DNA of 64,000 nucleotides, taken from NCBI RefSeq assembly GCF_963921235.1, contig NC_086097.1, forward strand, positions 244,716,001 to 244,780,000, given 5' to 3'. Both the position numbers and the translations under genes were made by a program. The stretch's first letter is position 1. The number at the start of each line of letters is the position of its first letter. The DNA comes from Mobula hypostoma (taxonomy: Eukaryota). Shown piece after piece: positions 12,960-24,166 of the stretch. Under the pieces are notes generated by a model, which did no database searches, had not been told where the DNA came from, and worked only from the letters and a program-made list of their open reading frames with translations.

Positions 12960-14213
12960 TGAAGTCAGGAATACAAGAGCAAATAACTGATTGTGGACTT
13001 CAGAGAGGATAAGACGAGGGAACAGACACCAGTCCTCATATGATAGAGGGATAAGATGTGGAAAGAGTGAGCAATTTCAAGTTCCTGAGCGTCAGTGTCT
13101 TTGACGATCTATCCTTGGCCCAGCCAACCGATGCAGCTACAACGAAGGCACGACAGTGGCTCTATTTCATTCGGAGTTTGAAGAGATTTGGTATATCACC
13201 GAAGGCACTTGTAAGTTTCTACAAATGTACTGTGGAAAGCATTCTAACTGGTTGCATCACCTTCTGGTTTGGGAGGGGGATGCTGGTGCTACTACAAGGG
13301 ATCAAAGTAAGCCACAGAGTTGTAAACTTAGTCAGCTGGATCATGGGCACTAACCTCTGCAGTATCCAGGACATCTGTAAAAAGCGGTGCCTCAAAAAGG
13401 TGGCATCCATAAGTAAGTACCCCCATCACCCAGGACATGCTCTCTTCTCAATGCTACCATCAGGAAGGAGGTACAGGAGCCTGAAAGCACACACAAAGTT
13501 TCAGGAACAGCTTCTTCCCCTCAGCCATCCGATTTCTGAATGGACATTGAACCCATGACCACTACCTCATCATCATTATCATCAGGTGCCAAGCCCAGTT
13601 TGAGCTTTGACTTCCATGGCCCACACACTCCTGTTTCAGGTCAAGTGGATCAATTCATTGGTATTCATTTCCAGTTCTCTGGCTGCTGTCTCCATCATCA
13701 TTTGTCTTTGTCTTCCTCTTGCTTTCTTCCCTTCAATCTTTCCCATAATTACCATGCATTCAAGTACACATAATTACTCCTCTTTCCTAATCACATGTCC
13801 AATGAAGTTACATTGCCTTTTCATGATCTTATACATCATTTCTCTTTTTGTGTTTGCTCTGTTCATGACATCCTCGTTAGATATTCGTTTCGTCCATGAT
13901 ATTCTTTGCATCCTCCTCAAAAGCCACATCTCTGCTGCTACAATTCGTTGCCTTATGTTACTAGATATTGTCCAACATTCTGAGCCATATAACATAACTG
14001 GATAAACATAACATTTCAGTACTCTGAGGCAGGTTGTCATGCCTGGTCAGTATACTGTTCATTTTCGTAAAGGTGTCTTTTGCCATCACTATTCTTCTTT
14101 TGATGTCCATGTCGCACCTGCCTTCTGATGTCACCCAGCTTCCTAAGTAGCAAAAGTTCTGTAGCTCAGTATTTTTTTTTAAGTTTTTGCAGTACTTATT
14201 TAATTTAACTATT
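12960..14213 (+). mobile_element. Rex1-clade LINE 3' portion; its 3' UTR is interrupted by an RTE insertion
   Basis: ORF 13058-13558 reads ERVSNFKFL...ESILTGCITFWFG...HPGHALFSMLPSGRRYRSL. The UTR resumes at about 14165. Confidence 0.85.
13568..14165 (-). mobile_element. RTE-clade LINE, 5'-truncated
   Basis: ORF 13774-14040 reads LKCYVYPVMLYGSECWT...AAEMWLLRRMQRISWT...GHVIR. There is a (CAT)n-type tail at 13568-13584. Confidence 0.85.
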
Positions 14214-14568
14214 TATGATTTGGGATTCAACCAAACAAAAACTTCGTGATATTCCAATTTAAGAAATCTTGATTTGAGCGAAAGCTGTGTATCACCCTTC
14301 CTCCTTGGAGTCATTCATCTGCATAAAGCATTTTTGTCCTTCCAACAGCATCTTGCGGCATTTTCCCTTCTGTCCTGCTCTGCAGCTTCCATCAAAAGAC
14401 CCCAAACCAGACTACTGTCCTTCAGAAAACTTTTCCCCACCACTCTCGAGAACCTTCTTTCGCATCCCACAGTCCTGATTGGCTCCTAAGCTGGATAACG
14501 TGTGTCCTTTTAACCAAAGCTAAAGCATGCTTTCCAGCATGGCACACTGCTTTTACAGAAAAGTGCTA

Positions 14569-15425
14569 CAGGTCAACCTTCTCTAATCCGACTACCTGTA
14601 ATCCAGTTCCGTTGATAATCCGCACTGATTTCAAATTTTCAGGCCACTTTACCAATCTGCTGTGCATTGTTTTGGTTGCGCTAGATCTGGTCACGTGTTG
14701 GCACGCTCCTGTAAGTACAGACAGGCGATTCCTGGTTGTTTTCCTGCATTTATTAATATCATTTGCGTGAGCTGCACCCACCAGTGGCGGGGGAGCTGGC
14801 GCGCGCTGGGTCGGTCCGCTTTCTCGCCTGCCTGCCGGCAGTTACACACTGCCCTCAGGCGTCGCCCGGCTGGCATTCCATTCTCTTCTGCCTACGACCT
14901 CAGATCAGATGTGGTCACCTGCTGAATTTAAGCATATTACTAAGCAGAGGAAAAGAAACTAACGAGGATTCTCTCAGTAACTGTGAGTGAAGAGGGAAGA
15001 GCCCAGCGCCAAATCCCCGGGTGGGGGGTGGGGGGGGCAGTTAACTACAAATCTGTGTCTTTGCTATCGCTTAGTTCACGCTGGTAGAGGGTGTGCTTTA
15101 TTTTTTGCCGGTTGGGAGGGGGGATTGTTGCTCACTGCTGCTTTATGCGCGGGATGGAGGGGAATTTAGGGGTTCTAACATTTAACTGTTGTTCATTCTT
15201 TGGGGCACTCCTCTGTTTTCGTAGATGGTTGCAAAGAAAAAGCATTTCAAGATGTATATTGTATACATTTCTCTGACATTAAATGAACCTTTGAATCCTT
15301 TGATATTTTAAAGATATGATCAGGCGGTTAGCTATTGCTTAATGTGATCCTTCTGTAATTTGGCATTTTCACTAATCCGGCACTCCTCAGGTCCCAATGG
15401 TGCCGGATTATAGAAGGTCGGCTTG
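14569..15425. mobile_element. Tigger/pogo-type MITE (Tc1/mariner superfamily)
   Basis: TIRs CAGGTCAACCTTCTCTAATCCG / CGGATTATAGAAGGTCGGCTTG. TA duplicated at 14567-14568 and 15426-15427. The uninterrupted site is visible in the sister LTR at about 19300-19325. Confidence 0.85.
14894..15019 (+). pseudogene. 28S rRNA 5'-end fragment, preceded by a GC-rich ITS2-like segment (about 14765-14893)
   Basis: ACGACCTCAGATCAGA...GCTGAATTTAAGCATATT...GAGGAAAAGAAACTAAC...CAGTAAC...GAGTGAAGAGGGAAGAGCCCAGCGCC matches the conserved LSU 5' end. Several differences are CpG-type transitions. Confidence 0.93.
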
Positions 15426-15946
15426 TAATATAAACTACCTCACAGCATAGCCACTCTCCCCCCACCAAAAATAGTCATGTCCTCATGACTTTGGAATTCA
15501 TTAAACCATTATTAATGACATAGTATTCAAATAATTTTCTTGATTTCAGGGCCCCCCCCCAATTCTTTTGTAAATGGAAGTAACACATCGCACTTTTGGG
15601 ATGGGTGCAACCTTCTGTTTTCCCCGGTGTATTATATTCGAGCCTATCTGGGGGTTTTCTGACTGTCTGACCTCCTTGTCTCATTATCAGCTTCTTCAGC
15701 CTTAGGCATTTCTTGTGAACTTCTGATCTTCTAGAGGAGGCCTCCCCCATGTCTATCACTCATACCTCCTGGTGGTTGTGGCCCCCCCTGCTCCATGACT
15801 GAACTTAGCTTCATTTCAGTTTAAGCAGGTGCTGCTGAACACCTTCAACCTCTGCTGGTGCTAACTGGTGAGACCTCTCTCAGAAATGTGTGTCTTCTGT
15901 CATTGTGATAGTGTGGCACATACCCTTGGAACAATGAACATCAAAC

Positions 15947-16560
15947 TCAAAAGGCACCTTTGCATTCCAATATCTTCTCAGTTAATCTCCTTTTCCATTC
16001 CTTGGGTATCGGTGAATCACCAAAGTTGAATGACTTTAATGTCAACTTCCTCGATCGAGGAGAATCATATTCTTCTTTCTCATTGGGTGTGGGCTTGACA
16101 CCAGAGAACACCCCCCGCCTACGATAACTTTGGCATTTATCAACCAGTGAAGTAATAGCCGAAACCAACTCAGAATTTCCATCAACCATTGAAGGACCTT
16201 TCACATCCGACAACTCTTTCCTCTCATTTCCGCAGAAATGAGAACAACTTGTCTTTAAAGTCTTCACCCTCAGCTACATGCCATCCTTGTCTAAAAATAT
16301 GGACTGCCTGTAGCCCTGCCTGTCAAGGCAGTGCAACTTCAGTTACGTCACTGCTGATCTGGACTAACACGACATCCTTACCAGGTGATTGATCAAAGCG
16401 CCATTCAATCAGCATAACATTCCCAATGCTCTTACACAACTTGGCACTCTCCACAGCAGTTCGTTGGGAATTTGGACTTCCACCCTGCTCAGAATGCAAG
16501 CATTATTAGTAGATAACCTCTTTGAATATCACCAACACTTTATCCCTGTGGCTTCCAGAA
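15947..16560 (-). pseudogene. Gypsy gag (PNMA/Ma-like) remnant fused by deletion to the pol linker upstream of RT
   Basis: ORF 15947-16267 joins the gag motif YRR.xVFSG..PTP..EEYD directly to SFNFGDSPIPKEWKRRL. Upstream is a decayed N-terminal domain (NNACILSRVEVQIPNELL). Confidence 0.75.
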
Positions 16561-16631
16561 TAAGGTACCTTAATCACTTTCCCCGACACTAATTTAAACC
16601 ACTTAATCAATCCTGAAACAGCATTCAAAAA

Positions 16632-18082
16632 ACAAATGTCACTCCACTCTTTAAGAAGGGAGGAAGGCGAAAGAAAGCAAATTATATGCCAGTTAGTCTA
16701 ACTTCAGTGGTTGGGAAAGTGTTGGAGTCTGTTGTTAAGGATGAAGTTTTGGGGTACTTAGAGACTAATGATAAAGTAAGTCAATGTCAGCATGGTTTCT
16801 GTAAAGAGAAATCTTGCCTGACAAATCTGTTGGAGTTCTTTGAGGAAGTAACAAACGGTACACAAAGGAGAGGCAGTGGATGTCATTTACTTGGATTTTC
16901 AGAAAGCATTTGATAAGGTGCCATACATGAGATTGCTAAAACAAGTTAAAATTCTTTTGGCATTACAGGAAAGATGCTGGCATGATGGAGGAGTGGCTGA
17001 CGGGCAGGAGGCAGAGAGTGGGAATAAGGGGGCCCTTTTCTGGTTGGCTGCCAGTGACTAGTGGTGTTCTTAAGGGGTCAGTATTGGGACCGCTACTTTT
17101 CACATTGTATTCTATCTGCCACTTTTTTGCCCATGTTTCCAATTTGTTTAAGTCGTGCTGCAATCGCATTGTTTCCTCAGCACACCCTACCCCTCCACCT
17201 ATCTTCATATCATCTGCAAACTTGGTCACAAAGCCATCAATTCCATTATCCAAATCACTGACAAACAGTGTTGGAAAATGTACAATAATGCATTCTGATA
17301 AAAGAAACAATAGTGCAGATTATTATCTAAATGGGGAGAAGGTTCAAACGTCAGATGTGCAGAGAGACTTGGGAGTCCTTGTGCAAGACTCCAGAAGGTT
17401 AATTTACAGGTTGAGTCTGTGGTGAAAAAGGCAAATGCAATGCTGGCATTTACTTTAAGGGTAATAGAATATAAAAGCAAGGAGATAATGCTGAGGTTTC
17501 ATAAGAAACTGGTCAGGCCACTCTTGGAGTATTGTCAACGTTTTGGGCCCCATATCTCAGAAAGGATGTGTTGTCATCGGAAAGAGTCCAAAAGAGGTTC
17601 ACGAGGATGATTCTGAGAATGAAGGGGTTAGCAGGAGTGTTTGGCAGCTTTGGGGCTGTACATACCGGAATTTAGCAGGATGTTGGTGGGGGGGGGGTGG
17701 TGGGGGGGGAGGTGGCACTGGATCTCATTGAAACCTGCCAAATGTTGAAAGAACTAGATGGGGTGGATGTGGAGAGGATGTTTCCTATGATGGGGTATCC
17801 AGGCCTAGAGGGCACAGCTTCAAAATTGAGGAGCAACCTTTTGGAACAGAGGTAAAGAGGAATTACTTTAGTCAGAGAGTAGTGAATCTGTGGAATGCTC
17901 TGCCACAGGCTGCAGTGGAAGCCAAATCCATGGGATATTTAAGGCAGAACTTGATTGTTTCAAAGGATATGGCGAGAAGGCAGGTGTATGGGGTTGAGTG
18001 GGATCCGAGATCAGCCACGACGGAATGGCAGAGCAGACTCAACAGACTGAATGGCCTAATTCTGCTCCTGTGTCTTATGGTT
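16632..18082 (+). mobile_element. CR1 LINE (RT to 3' end) inserted in the Gypsy 5' internal region; contains an internal inversion at 17110-17263
   Basis: PVSLTSVVGK, SCLTNLLEFFE and YLDFQKAFDKVP are on +, but KFADD is on -. The 3' UTR ends ctgctcctgtgtcttatggtt. Confidence 0.88.
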
Positions 18083-18190
18083 TTAAAGAAATCTCCAGAC
18101 AAAATCCCCACAAAATGTAACTCTCTCTCCAGGCTTGTATGCAAACTTGGCTCGTTAGCTAACTCAGCTAACAGCCGCATGACTCACCAG

Positions 18191-19335
18191 TGAAAAGGCC
18201 ACCTTTCACAAACAAAATATGTCTAGGGTCGGTATGATTTGGGGTTCAACCAAATTGGAATGTTATGATGTTCTGATTAAATAAACCTTGATTTAAATGA
18301 ATGCTGTGTAGAAACTCCCCTTACACAATTATTGTTCGGCAGGAAATAATTGTACACTGCATAAAATTGTAAAGAATTTGTATTTACCAATTTCTGATTT
18401 ATCGAACAGTTAATAGGAAAAAAGAAGAGGGCCCATTACAATTAAACCTGTCCAATGTGCACATAATCATTGGAGCTCACACTGGAGTATTCAGGCATGT
18501 ATCTCTTGCTCATACTCCGGGGCCATGGTCTGTGTGAAAACACCCACCACATTTTCGAACTCCCCTCGAAGTCTGTCTCTGTCTCTTGTACTGCCCTTCC
18601 TCCCTGCAACCATTCATTTGCACAAAGCACTTCTTTCAAATGGGACTGTCCTTCCAATGGCATCCTGTAGTATCTGCCCTTCTGTCCTGCACCCCAGCTC
18701 CCGCTAAAAGATCCCGAACCACGCTACTGTCCTTCAGAAAACTCTTCCCTACAGCTTTGTAGAATGCTCTCTCTCATCCCACAATCCTGATTGGGGACTC
18801 GTATTCCTAAGCTGGACAACAGGGGTCCTTGCCTTAGCCAAAGCCAAAACACACTTTATACTTTATTGTCGCCAAACAATTGATACTAGAACATACAATC
18901 ATCACAGCAATATTTGATTCTGCGCTTCCTACTCCCTGGATTACAAATCGATAGTAAATATTAAAAATTTAAATTATAAATCATAAATAGAAAATAGAAA
19001 AATGGGAAGTAAGGTAGTGCAAAGAAACCGAGAGGCAGGTCTGCATATTTTGAGGATGCAGCCCAGATCCGGATCAGGATCCGTTCAGCAGTCTTATCAC
19101 AGTTGGAAAGAAGCTGTTCCTAAATCTGGCCGTACGAGTCTTCAAGCTCCAAAAATTCTCCCGGAGGGAAGAGGGACAAAAAGTGTGTTGGCTGGGTGGG
19201 TCGTGTCCTTGATGATCCTGGCAGCACTGCTCCGACAGCGTGCGGTGTAAAGTGAGTCCACGGACGAAACACTTTCTAGCATGGCACACTGCTTTTGCAG
19301 GAAACTGCCACTATAAACTACCTCACAGCATAGCA
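18191..19335 (-). repeat. 5' LTR of the Gypsy element (interrupted by a Rex1 3' fragment)
   Basis: TG...CA termini on the minus strand, an adjacent PBS-like motif at 18180-18189, and homology to 14214-15453. Confidence 0.78.
18855..19266 (-). mobile_element. Rex1-clade LINE 3' fragment
   Basis: ARIIKDTTHPANTLFVPLPSGR and RTARFRNSFFPTVIRLLN. ACACTTT appears on both sides. Its UTR is near-identical to 34130-34345. Confidence 0.85.
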
Positions 19336-20399
19336 TTAGAAATCTTAACCAGGGCATTAAATGTACTTTTTATAATTCACATTTTTTTCTATTACTGTGT
19401 ATTGCACTGATGCCACAAAGACAACAGATTTCACAATATATGCTGCTGATACTAAACATGTTTCTGGTTCTGCATCAGAGCAGTATCCAGTCTGTGGGCT
19501 GGGTGATGATTTGGAGCACAGAACACCAGTTGTCAGGACAGATCTAGAACCCACAGTGCTTAAATGACAGTTCACTGAAAAATTTATTAAACTCCAGCGT
19601 GTAAAAGTTAAGATAATTAACATCTACTAGTCCAGAAAATTTGCTCAACTGGCTTTACCAAAATCCTAAGGGTGCTGGGTTATCAATTTCAATGTAGTGT
19701 GCAGTGATTTTATTATTATGCCTGTCAGAAGTCTATTTGTATATTCTGTTGACTGACCCTCCTACAAATTGACCACTCCAAGAGTCTTCAATTGTCTCCT
19801 TGTATTGGGCCCTTATTACAAAAGCATTGCACCTAGATTTGTTACATTGCTTGTTCATGGGTATCCAACCAGCATTCTTCCACATCCTTCTCAGTCAGCT
19901 GAGTGCCTAATTTGGCTCAGAAATTTGCCTGTGTAGTTGGCAAACTACAGGAAATATTGTATTCTGTAACATTTATTGGCTCAGCAGTTTCTTTCAAGAC
20001 TTTTGCTGAATCTGGCTTCACGTTGTCTCTGCCGATCGAGTGACTCATGAAAGATGCTTTTATTTTGCTCATTCAAATTCATCTCCTGTGTCTTGCTTCT
20101 GTCCACCATGACTCTGCCTCTTTCACTGCTTTGCCTTCTCTGAGCACACAGTAGTATTTACCCCACAGAAATCCACAAATACACCATCTAGTCTTTGCTT
20201 TCTTCGATGTGTTTTGAATCAAAAAGACGTTCTTCAACAGCGTGATACTGAAGCAAGTTAAATGTAATATCTTCTCGTACAGTTCTGCACACCCGATCCC
20301 ATTTGCTACCTATCCAGTACCCTGACGATGGAGGTTTTGACAGGATCAGGCTAATCAACTGTTCTTATACCAGGAACAAGCAGAACATTTAAGAGGCAT

Positions 20400-20620
20400 C
20401 CTCCCACTGCTGCCTGTTAGGAGTTTGTGCATTTTCCCCATGATCACATGGGTTTCTTCGAGGTGCTATGATTTCCTCCCACAGTACAAATACATGCCAT
20501 TTGGTAGGTTAAGTAGTCATTGGAAATTGTCCTGTGTTTAGGCTAGGATTAAATCGGGATTGCTGGGCAGCGTGTCTCAAAGGACTGGAAGGGCCTATGC
20601 AGTGCTGTATCTCAATAAAA
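20400..20620 (+). mobile_element. V-SINE (HE1-like) fragment
   Basis: V-domain-like gggtttcttcgaggtgctatgatttcctcccacagtacaaa...ggtaggttaagtagtcattggaaattgtcc. Confidence 0.7.
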
Positions 20621-20949
20621 CAAACATAGACATTTATTTTCAATAAGCAAAGTATAGAATATTTATGGTATGGAATTTTAATATATGATGGTTAGCAGGG
20701 AGACAATGGGCTGAATAACCTATTTCAATGCTGTACAACTCTTAAGACTTTATGATGATGCCTTTAATGCCATTAAAGTCTCCTACTTTGAAGCAAATTG
20801 TCAATTTGTAATTTGATTTCTGAACGCTGCCAAGCATGTAGCCAAGTGTGTTCACTGGAACCTTTGTCAATCCCTTCATTTGTTTTCTTCAATTACTAGA
20901 ACATGATTTGGTACGGCTGCCATTCATCTTTCTGTTTGAAGTTATTGTA

Positions 20950-21585
20950 GTTAGATTAGATTAGATTATGAGGACACGTAGTCCTTTTTTATTGTCATTT
21001 AGTAATGCATGCATTAAGAAATGATACAATATTCCTTCGGTGTGATATCACAAGAACACAGGACAGACCAAGACTGAAAAACTAACAAAACCATATAATT
21101 ATAACATATAGTTACAACAGTGCAACAATACCATAACTTGATGAAGAACAGGCCATGGCACAGTAAAAAAGTTCAAAGTTTCTCAAAAGTCCCACATCTC
21201 ACGCAGATGGGAGAAGGAAGAAAACTCTCCCTGCCATGCCCGACCGCAGTCCGACTCTGAGTCGTCCGAAAACTTCGACCTCTGATCAGCCCCTCCGACA
21301 GTGAGTATTGAGCGCCATCTCTATCCGAACGCTTCAACCTCAGCCTCTGTCCCCAGCATCAGGCAAAGCCGGGGATTTTGGGCCCTACCCTCCGGAGATT
21401 CTTGATCGCTCAGTAACAATAGCGGCGAACCAGGCATTTCAGAAATTTCTCCAGATGTTCCTCTGCTTCTCACGTTTGTCCTCATCAAATCAGAATTGTC
21501 CATGGCCCCATTTAACAGAAACGATATCATTTCACCCGAGAGCTGCGGGTGCTGCGTCACGCTGCCATTTTCTCCTCCCACCTAT
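20950..21585 (-). mobile_element. About 630-bp non-coding, non-autonomous retroelement with (TAATC)n tail
   Basis: (TTAGA)n tail plus poly(A) signal at 20950-21000 and a GC-rich head near 21540-21585. Homologous to the copies at 47315-48550. Confidence 0.75.
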
Positions 21586-21587
21586 GT

Positions 21588-22330
21588 TAGAAACATAGAA
21601 AATCTACAGCACAATACAGGCCCTTCGGCCCACAAAGCTGTGCCGAACATGTCCTTACCTGAGAAATTACCTCGGGTTACCCATAGCCCTCTATTTTTCT
21701 GAGTTCCATATACCTGTCCAGGAGTCTCTTAAAAGACCCTATCATATCTGCCTCCACCACTGTCACCGGCAGCCCATTCCATGCATTCACCACTCTCTGC
21801 ATAAAAACAACAACAACAACTTGCTCCTGATAGCTCCTCTGCATCTACTTCCAAGCACCTTAAAACTGTGACCCCTCGTGCTAGCCATTTCAGCCCTGGG
21901 ATAAAGCCTCTGACTAGCCACCCGATCAATACCTCTCATCATCTTATACACCTCTACCAGGACATCTCTCATCCTCTGTCGCTCCAAGGAAATGAAGCAT
22001 GCTCCCCAATCCAGTCAACATCCTTGTAAATCTTCTCTGCACCCTTTCTATGGTTTCCACATCCTTTCTACAGTGAGGCAACCAGTACTGAGCACAGTAA
22101 AGTGGGGTCTGACCAGGGTCCTATATAGCTGCAACATTACCTCTCTGCTCCTAAACTTAATCCGACGATTGATGAAGGCCAATGCACTGTAAGCTTTCTT
22201 AACCACAGAGTCAACCTGCGCAGCAGCCTTGAATGTCCTATGGACTTGGACCCCAAGATCCCGCTGATCGTTCACACTGCCATTAATTCTATATGCTGTT
22301 ATCATTTTTGACATACCAAAATGAATTATC
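21588..22330 (-). mobile_element. CR1 LINE 3' fragment
   Basis: DLGVQVHR...LQLYRTLVRPH and EVYKMMRGIDRV; tail agaaacatagaaa. Same subfamily as 62140-64000. Confidence 0.85.
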
Positions 22331-22844
22331 TCTCAAGTTATTCAGTTACTGAATTAATCTTCACGATTTTGTCAGGACTATCTGTACTGTTAAAATTCCA
22401 AGCGCAAATGCGACATTTCTCTGGTCCACTGCACTGAAATGAACATGATATATCTGGGCTCTTGTGTTTGCCACCTTTGGTGAGTCTCCTAGCTCACTAA
22501 AAGTAGTCATTAACATAACAAACTTATTTCAACCATTCAGGTCTATGTCACTGTTTAATTGTAATTTTTTTTTGCACATAGTGGTGTATGCCCTGCCAGG
22601 GGTGATGGTAGAGACAGATACATTAGGGGCAACACACACAAAATGCTTGAGGAACTCAGCAAATCAGGGAGCATCTGTGGAAATGAAAAAACAGTCAAAC
22701 GTTCAAGCTGAGACCCTTTGGAAAGGAATGGAGAAGACGCCAGAATAAAAAGGTGGGGGGAGGAGGAGGAAACCTATAATGTGATTGGTGAAGTCAGGTG
22801 GGTAGTAAAGTTAAAAGGCTGGAGAGGAAGGAATATGATAGGTC

Positions 22845-24166
22845 CACCAATAGCAACAGAGACACTAGGAGCAGATTGGGAGGCAGGTTTTAGTAAGGTG
22901 CCAAGTAAGATTGTTATCACAGTGGCTTCAACTTCCCTAATATTAATTGCACCTCAGTGCAAAAGGTTTGGATAGGTGGAATTTGTTAGGATTCCTGACC
23001 TAATATGTAAACAGACCAACCAGAAGAGAGGCCATACTGGATTTGGTGAACCAGGTCAGGTGTCAATGCATTTTGGAGACAGTGGCCACAACTATAGCCT
23101 TGAAGAGATAGGAACAGGTGGTATGAGAAAGTATGTTTAATTAGGGGGAGGGGGAATTGGACAGAAACTGGGGAGTATAAATTGGGAAGTGATGTACTGA
23201 GGGAAATGCATGGCAGAAATTGGGAGGTTGTTTAGGGAGCACCTGCTGGGGGTTCTGTATAGGCTTGAGACAGGGAAAGAATGAAGAGATCCATCGTTGA
23301 CGAGATGTGGAATATCTAGTCAAAAGGAAGAAAGAAGCATGCTTAAGGTTTAGGAAGCAAGGATCAGACTGGGCTTCCAAGAGTTGCATGATGGCCAGGA
23401 AAGAGCTGAGCAATGGTCTTAGGGGCGGTAGAAGGAAGCATGATAAGACCTCAGTGAGTAGGATTAAGGAAAAAGCCAAGGCTTCCTACACGTATGTGAA
23501 GAACAGGAGGATTATTAAGGATAGAAAAGAAATGTATGTGGAATTTGTGGAGGTAAGAGAGGTCCTCAATGAATACTTCGTTTTAATTTTCGTGAATGTG
23601 AGGATAGTGTACAACAGGCAGATATGTTGATGTTAAGTAAGAGGATCTGCTAGAACTTTTGAAAAAACATTAGGATAGATAAATCCCTGGGACTGGACAG
23701 GATATACCTCTGGTTACTATGGGATATAACGGAAAAGATTGCTGCACCTTTGGCGATGATCTTTGTGTCCTCTCAGGCCATGAAAGCAGCACCAGATGGT
23801 TGGAGGGTGACAAGCGTTATTCCTGTGTTCAAGAAAGAGAGTAGAGTTAACTCTGGGAATTATAGACCACTGAGTCTTACTTTAGTGGCGGGCAAATTAT
23901 TGGAAAAGATTCTTAGAGAGGATTTGCAAAAGTTTGGAGAAACATGGTCTTATTTGATATGGTCATCATGGTCTTGTGAGGGGCAGAATGTAACCAGCAT
24001 GAATCTGACTAAATTCTTTGAGGAGGTGACAAAGTATAATGATGAAAATAGAGCAGTTGATATAGTGTATATGGATTTTAGTAGGGTGTTTGATAAGGTT
24101 TCCCAGGAGAGGCTCATTCAGAAAGTCAGGAGTCATGGGATCCAGGGAAAATTGACTGTGGATTCA
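22845..24166 (+). mobile_element. CR1 LINE ORF2 (EN-RT) remnant; resumes at about 25090-25610 and 26295-26700
   Basis: ORF 23750-24169 reads VIPVFKK...NYRPLSLT...VYMDFSRVFDKV. Downstream pieces continue collinearly (FADE, RPHLEY). Confidence 0.8.

Larger units (their letters stand above)
14214..15453 (-). repeat. 3' LTR of the Gypsy element (interrupted by a Tigger MITE, distal end truncated)
   Basis: Shares tatgatttggg.ttcaaccaaa, ctactgtccttcagaaaact, cctaagctgga and taaactacctcacagcatagc with 18233-19335. Confidence 0.8.
14214..19335 (-). mobile_element. Gypsy/Ty3 LTR retrotransposon, internally deleted, PNMA-like gag, with several nested insertions
   Basis: Two homologous LTRs (about 14214-15453 and 18191-19335). 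PPT GGTGGGGGGAGAG abuts TG at 15453. A PBS-like TGGTGAGTCA follows CA at 18191. Coding remnants: gag YRRRGVFSGVKPTPNEKEEYD, pol FNFGDSPIPKEWKRRL and integrase tail VRKPPDRLEY. Confidence 0.85.

Noticed and set aside
14894..15019. Functional rRNA gene or rDNA array
   Set aside because: Only 126 nt of 28S is present, it is CpG-decayed, there is no 18S or 5.8S, and it is embedded in TEs.
17543..17731. ORF with a poly-Gly tract
   Set aside because: Off-frame translation of a G-run expansion inside a CR1.
20315..20365. CTGACGA as another hammerhead core
   Set aside because: No helix II or GAAA-NUH follows.
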